A stretch of 64,000 bases of DNA from Alphaproteobacteria bacterium (lineage in GTDB: Bacteria > Pseudomonadota > Alphaproteobacteria > Oceanibaculales > Oceanibaculaceae). Position 1 is the stretch's first letter. Each line of letters opens with the position of its first letter. Below the pieces are notes generated by a model. The model saw only the letters and a program-made list of their open reading frames with translations. It did no database searches and was not told the origin of the DNA. The translations under genes and the position numbers were made by a program. This document shows positions 59,557 through 64,000 of this stretch, one piece after another. The stretch is from positions 43,802-107,801 of the forward strand of contig JAHJHR010000011.1 in the NCBI GenBank assembly GCA_018823745.1. The letters run 5' to 3'.

Positions 59557-60762
59557 ATGACCAACCCGGTGCAGGACCAGTACGAGGCCTATCCCTATCC
59601 CGGCCGCAACCCGGCGGAGGAAGCCACGCGCCTCGTCACCGGCTCGCCCAGCCGGGTTCTGGAGATCGACCATTACCTGTTCGGCGGGCGGCGCGACTGG
59701 CGCCAGCCCTTCCGCGTGCTGGTGGCGGGCGGCGGCACCGGAGATGCCACCGTGATGCTGGCGCAGCAACTGCAAGATAAGGGCGTGAAAGCCGAGATCA
59801 CCTATCTCGACCTCTCATCCGCCTCGCGGGCCATTGCCGAAAAGCGGCTGGCCACGCGCGGCCTGAGCAACGTGACCTTCCGGAGCGGCTCGCTGCTGGA
59901 TTTGGCGGCGATGAGCCTCGGCGACTTCGACTACATCGATTGCTGCGGCGTGCTGCATCATCTGCCCGACCCGTCAGCCGGTCTCGTCTGTCTTGCCGGC
60001 GCGCTGGCGCCCGGAGGCGGCATCGGGATCATGGTCTATGGCGAATATGGCCGCACCGGCGTCTATCCGTTGCAGGCGGCCTTGCAGCAGCTGGCCGGCG
60101 AGTTGCCGCTGGCCGAACAGGTCACGCAGGCGAAGAAACTGCTGCCCGCCCTGCCTGCGACCAACGGATTCCGCAACAACCGCTTCCTCGGCGATCACCA
60201 GCGCGGCGATGCGGAGCTGGTGGATTTGCTGCTGCACCGGCAGGACCGCGCTTATACCGTGCCGCAACTGGCCACGCTGGTGGCGGGTGCGGGCCTGCAC
60301 ATCGCCAGCTTCATCGAGCCGCTGCGCTATGACCCTGCCCTTTACCTCACCGACACGGCACTGGCGAAGCGGGCGGCGTCGCTGCCAATGCTGGAACAGG
60401 CAGCGCTGGCCGAAAGGCTGGCCGGCAATATGAAGCTGCACATCGCCTATCTCAGCCACTCGGCCGATACCGTGGCGGTGCCCGCGCCCGAGGCGATCCC
60501 GCTCTTCATCGAGTGGGAGGCGGAGACCATCGCCAGGGCGGTGCAGCAACAGGGCGGCATCAAAGGCGCGTTCGACGGGCTGCCGGTCACCCTGCCGCTG
60601 CCGCGTCAGGCCTCCGCGATCCTGAAGCTGATCGACGGCGCGCGCAGGATGGACGCGATCCGGCAGGAGGCCGGATTCGCCGACTGGGACAGCTTCATGG
60701 CGGTGTTCCGCCCCATCTGGCGGGCGCTGAACGGCATCAACCGGCTGGTGCTCCGCTTCTGA
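59557..60762 (+). CDS. class I SAM-dependent methyltransferase with C-terminal extension
   Basis: VLVAGGGTGDATVMLA is motif I, and IDCCGVLHHLPDP is present. Confidence 0.75.
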   Translation: MTNPVQDQYEAYPYPGRNPAEEATRLVTGSPSRVLEIDHYLFGGRRDWRQPFRVLVAGGGTGDATVMLAQQLQDKGVKAEITYLDLSSASRAIAEKRLATRGLSNVTFRSGSLLDLAAMSLGDFDYIDCCGVLHHLPDPSAGLVCLAGALAPGGGIGIMVYGEYGRTGVYPLQAALQQLAGELPLAEQVTQAKKLLPALPATNGFRNNRFLGDHQRGDAELVDLLLHRQDRAYTVPQLATLVAGAGLHIASFIEPLRYDPALYLTDTALAKRAASLPMLEQAALAERLAGNMKLHIAYLSHSADTVAVPAPEAIPLFIEWEAETIARAVQQQGGIKGAFDGLPVTLPLPRQASAILKLIDGARRMDAIRQEAGFADWDSFMAVFRPIWRALNGINRLVLRF

Positions 60763-60786
60763 GCGCGCTGGCTGTTATCATTTCCT

Positions 60787-60872
60787 CGTCATAGTCGGGC
60801 TTGACCCGACTATCCATTGACCGAGCGATTGGCACGGACGGATGGACCCTCGGGTCAAGCCCGAGGGTGACG
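60787..60872 (-). repeat. double-hairpin palindromic element, family 1, copy F (inverted copy of C)
   Basis: It is the reverse complement of 27148..27233 with only a few central mismatches. Confidence 0.85.
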
Positions 60873-60895
60873 ATAAAGAAAACTGGAATCCCCCC

Positions 60896-61843
60896 CTACT
60901 TCATCCCATGCAGCGCCGTTTTCGGCAGCATGGCGTGGATGCCCTTGTGCTGGTTCACCAGCTGGCTGACGCGCAGGTCGCAGGCCAGGCTGCACAGGGT
61001 ATAGGCGTCCTCACGGCTGAGGTTGGATTTGGCGCAGATCAGCTCGATCATGCCGCGCAGCGCGATCTTCGCCGCCTCGTCGAGATCGGGGTCGAGGCCG
61101 ATGGTGATGTAGTGTTTCGCTGTCTCAGCCTGCGGCAGTTTCAGGCTCATATCCTTGCGCACGACGAATTCGAAGGTTCCGCTGAGCGCCGTCTCGATGG
61201 CGGTGATGCAGACCTCGCCATCGCCCTGCACGGCATGGCCGTCACCGCAGGAGAACAACGCGCCCTCGTTGAACACCGGCAGATAGAGCGTGGCGCCCGG
61301 CCGCAATTCCTTGATGTCGAGATTGCCGCCCATGGCGCGCGGGATGATCGAGGTCTGCGCGCCCCAGCCGGCCGGCGGCGCCACACCCATCACGCCGAAG
61401 AACGGGTCGAGCGGCAGATCGACGCCCCAGGGCAGCTTCGCCACCATCTTCTCCAGATCCATGCGGATATGCAGCAGGCGCGTATCGGGAAATTCGTCCG
61501 GCAGTGTGCCGCCGAGCGGCCGGATGATGTTCCAGCCCCAATCGTCGCGCAGCTTCACGTCGATGATCCGCACTTCCAGCACGTCGCCGGGCATCGCCCC
61601 CTTCACCGCCACCGGGCCGGTGAGGATATGGCCGGGCAGCAGGCGCGGCGATTTCGCGTGAATTTCCTTCAGCTCCGGGCGCACCACGATGCCCTCGCCC
61701 TTGGTCACCTCCGGCGCGCCGGAAACGGTGTGGATGGTCACCCGGTCGCCCGACTCCACCTCCAGCACCGGCGGTATCTTCGCGTCGAACGCGCCCCAGT
61801 GGCAGGTTTCGGGGCTGGAGGAAAGCGTGTGATGGCTGGACAT
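60896..61843 (-). CDS. acetamidase/formamidase family protein
   Basis: Trimmed to MSSHHT. GHILTGPVAVKGAMPGDVLEVRI...GGNLDIKEL...GDGHAVQGDGEV are the family motifs. Confidence 0.8.
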   Translation of the reverse strand: MSSHHTLSSSPETCHWGAFDAKIPPVLEVESGDRVTIHTVSGAPEVTKGEGIVVRPELKEIHAKSPRLLPGHILTGPVAVKGAMPGDVLEVRIIDVKLRDDWGWNIIRPLGGTLPDEFPDTRLLHIRMDLEKMVAKLPWGVDLPLDPFFGVMGVAPPAGWGAQTSIIPRAMGGNLDIKELRPGATLYLPVFNEGALFSCGDGHAVQGDGEVCITAIETALSGTFEFVVRKDMSLKLPQAETAKHYITIGLDPDLDEAAKIALRGMIELICAKSNLSREDAYTLCSLACDLRVSQLVNQHKGIHAMLPKTALHGMK

Positions 61844-62035
61844 GGGAACCCGCGTGTCTTTCGGAAGGAAGCGGCATTTGAGCAGAGGGAGCGGATAGCC
61901 GCCACCTCTTTCCGATCTCCCTGATGTCATGACAAGTGGCGCATATCAGTTCCATCATCGGGCCGATGGCGCATCGGCTCGCCCTTGCCTACACTCCGGC
62001 CATCACGCTGAAACACCACACAAGAAAGACTGAAC

Positions 62036-62800
62036 ATGGATCTGGGACTGAAGGGCAAGAAGGCCGTCATCACCGGCGGCACGCGCGGCATTGGCCGGGC
62101 CATCGTCGATATCCTGGCCGCCGAGGGCTGTGACGTGGCCTTCTGCGCGCGCAAGGAGGATGAGGTGAAGGCGACCGAGCAGGCCGTCGCCGCGACCGGT
62201 GCCAAGGCCTATGGCGGCATCGCCGATGTCGGCGATGATGCGAGCATACGCGGCTTCATTGCCGAGGCGGCGGCGAAGCTGGGCGGCATCGATATCCTCA
62301 TCGCCAATGTCAGCGCCATGGGCGGCGGCAATGAGGAGAGCGCCTGGCGCGCCAGCGTCGAGGTCGACATCATGGGCACCATGCGCACGGTGGAGGCCGC
62401 CCTGCCCTTCCTGGGGAAGGCCGGCAACGGCGCCATCGTCGCCATCTCCAGCGTGTCGGGCATCGAGATTTCCGCCGATACGGTGCGCTCCTACAACACG
62501 GTGAAGGCGGCGGTCATCGCCTATATGTCGAACCTCGCCAAGGCACATGCCGGCAAGGGCATCCGGGCCAACACCGTCTCCCCCGGCACGATCTATTTCG
62601 AGGGCGGCGTCTGGGGCCGCACCAAGATCAACGACCCGGCGCGCTACGAGCATTTCCTGAAGAAGAACCGCGCCGGCCGCATGGGCACGCCGGAGGAGGT
62701 TGCCCGTGCCGCCGTATTCCTGGCCAGCCCGGCCGCCAGCTTCATCTCCGGCACCAATCTGGTGGTGGACGGCGCCTACACCAACCGCATCCAGTTCTGA
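62036..62800 (+). CDS. SDR family oxidoreductase (FabG-like)
   Basis: TGGTRGIGRAI is the cofactor motif. YNTVKAA has the catalytic Y-x3-K. Confidence 0.85.
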   Translation: MDLGLKGKKAVITGGTRGIGRAIVDILAAEGCDVAFCARKEDEVKATEQAVAATGAKAYGGIADVGDDASIRGFIAEAAAKLGGIDILIANVSAMGGGNEESAWRASVEVDIMGTMRTVEAALPFLGKAGNGAIVAISSVSGIEISADTVRSYNTVKAAVIAYMSNLAKAHAGKGIRANTVSPGTIYFEGGVWGRTKINDPARYEHFLKKNRAGRMGTPEEVARAAVFLASPAASFISGTNLVVDGAYTNRIQF

Positions 62801-62861
62801 CGTTTCCCCTCCTGGCGGATGCCGGTATAAGAAACCAAGCTGTCCGTCAGGAGTCTCCTTT

Positions 62862-63122
62862 ATGACGCCCATCCGCCAGACCATCCTGGAAACCTATGCC
62901 GAGGTGGTGGAAAGCCAGTCAGGCAGCCGGCCGGCAGCGCCGGAGGATGACCGGGTGCTGCTGGAAAGCGGGCTGGATTCGCTGGGCTTCGCCATTCTGG
63001 TGACCCGGCTGGAAGAAGCCTTCGGCTTTGACCCCTTCGTCGAATCGGATGAGGCCTATTACCCCGTCACCTTCGGCGATTTCATCCGCTTCTACGAGGC
63101 GCATGGCGCACGGGCAGGCTGA
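62862..63122 (+). CDS. acyl/peptidyl carrier protein
   Basis: 86 aa. The track ORF was trimmed to the ATG at 62862. GLDSLGF is a phosphopantetheine attachment motif. Confidence 0.7.
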   Translation: MTPIRQTILETYAEVVESQSGSRPAAPEDDRVLLESGLDSLGFAILVTRLEEAFGFDPFVESDEAYYPVTFGDFIRFYEAHGARAG

Positions 63123-63124
63123 TC

Positions 63125-64000
63125 TTGCTGCGCGCGGCACTCCGCACCCGCCCTCTCGACAGCCCCGCCCTGTTCTATAAGGGCCAGACCATCCCCGCCG
63201 CCGCGCTGACGGACACTGCCTATGGCGGGCGGGTGGCGCTGCGGCTTGACGACCCGCTGGCGCTGGCGCGGGCGATCATCGCGCTGGACGGCACGGCGGA
63301 ACGCGTGCTGCTGCTGCCGGACCTGCCGCAAGAGACCATCGCCACGCTGATGGCGCAGGCCGGCATCGACCAACTGATCAGGGACTCGTCCGAACTGACC
63401 GCGGGTCATAGCGACAGGCCGACCGAATGGATACTGGCAACCTCCGGCACGACCGGCGTGCCGAAGCTGGTGCGCCATATCATAGCCTCCCTGACGCGCA
63501 TGATTTCTGCTTCCGGATGGCAGGAAGGGCAGCGCTGGGGCCTGCTCTACGACATGACGCGGTTTGCCGGCTTGCAGGTCCTGTTGCAGGCGCTGCTTGG
63601 CGGCGCGTCGCTGATCCTGACACGCGGCGACGATCCCCTGCCCCGGCGCGTCGCCGAACTGGCCGAGGCCGGCTGCACCGCGCTCTCGGCCACGCCGACG
63701 CTGTGGCGCAAGCTGATGATGACGCCCGGTGCCGAAACCCTGCCGCTACAGCAGATCACGCTGGGCGGCGAGATCGTCGATGCCGACAGCCTTTCCGCCC
63801 TGCACCGGCGGTATCCGGTCGCAAGGCTGACCCATATCTACGCCTCGACCGAGGCCGGGGCCGCCTTCTCCGTGACCGACGGGCAGGCCGGCTTTCCCGC
63901 ACGCTATCTGGACAATCCGCCGAAGGGGATCGCGCTGGCCATCCGCGAGGACCGGCTGTTTGTGCGCAACCCACTGGTCGATCCGGCCTATCTGGGCGGA
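63125..64000 (+). CDS. AMP-dependent synthetase/ligase (adenylating enzyme), 3' end outside the window
   Basis: The frame is open to the window end and is not in the ORF track. TTG start 3 nt after the ACP stop. TSGTTGVPK is the AMP-binding motif, and YASTEAG is present. Confidence 0.7.
   Translation, partial: MLRAALRTRPLDSPALFYKGQTIPAAALTDTAYGGRVALRLDDPLALARAIIALDGTAERVLLLPDLPQETIATLMAQAGIDQLIRDSSELTAGHSDRPTEWILATSGTTGVPKLVRHIIASLTRMISASGWQEGQRWGLLYDMTRFAGLQVLLQALLGGASLILTRGDDPLPRRVAELAEAGCTALSATPTLWRKLMMTPGAETLPLQQITLGGEIVDADSLSALHRRYPVARLTHIYASTEAGAAFSVTDGQAGFPARYLDNPPKGIALAIREDRLFVRNPLVDPAYLGG

Noticed and set aside
61937-61974. A direct repeat TGGCGCAT ... TGGCGCAT 30 bp apart in the formamidase/SDR divergent spacer, as a possible operator.
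   Set aside because: It is only an 8-mer in GC-rich DNA with no dyad symmetry and no adjacent regulator gene. It could easily be chance.

Overview
This is a GC-rich, densely coding chromosomal segment. It most likely comes from an alphaproteobacterium; that is an inference from gene content and synteny (smpB-dapA-slt, bactofilin plus M23 peptidase, soxBDAG, C-P lyase genes), not a database result. I support about 70 protein-coding genes.

In order, the window contains:
- housekeeping and repair genes (NYN-domain protein, UDG, smpB, dapA, slt, ada)
- a bactofilin / M23-peptidase cell-shape module
- assorted hydrolases (amidase, D-aminoacylase, isochorismatase-like, alpha/beta hydrolases)
- a DEAD-box helicase
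- a LivKHMGF-type ABC system next to a deacetylase / M20 hydrolase pair
- sarcosine oxidase soxBDAG, then mscL
- a large split phosphonate locus: phnCDE, then a second PotD-type ABC system with a TetR regulator and an FkbM methyltransferase, then divergent phnF and phnGHIJKLM, ending in a PhnZ-like HD-domain protein
- an orphan LivH-type permease fused to a lipoprotein-like N-domain
- a lipoprotein penicillin/AHL-acylase-family gene translationally coupled to a GH3-family gene
- an amidohydrolase, a SAM methyltransferase and a formamidase
- a truncated SDR-ACP-adenylating enzyme cluster at the 3' edge

I recognised no rRNA, tRNA, CRISPR array, transposase, integrase or obvious defence genes. 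The non-coding DNA is dominated by two dispersed palindromic repeat families (six and two copies), and the first shows clear compensatory stem substitutions. Many long ORFs in the supplied track are antisense or out-of-frame artefacts of high GC, and several track ORFs were trimmed to internal starts.

The best candidates for something not yet described are:
- the acylase-GH3 coupled pair
- the lipobox-LivH fusion
- the PhnZ-like oxygenase-type HD protein closing a C-P lyase operon that lacks phnN/phnP/phnY in this window
- the 400-bp structured spacer upstream of the M23 peptidase gene

All functional assignments come from motif recognition by eye. No searches were run.
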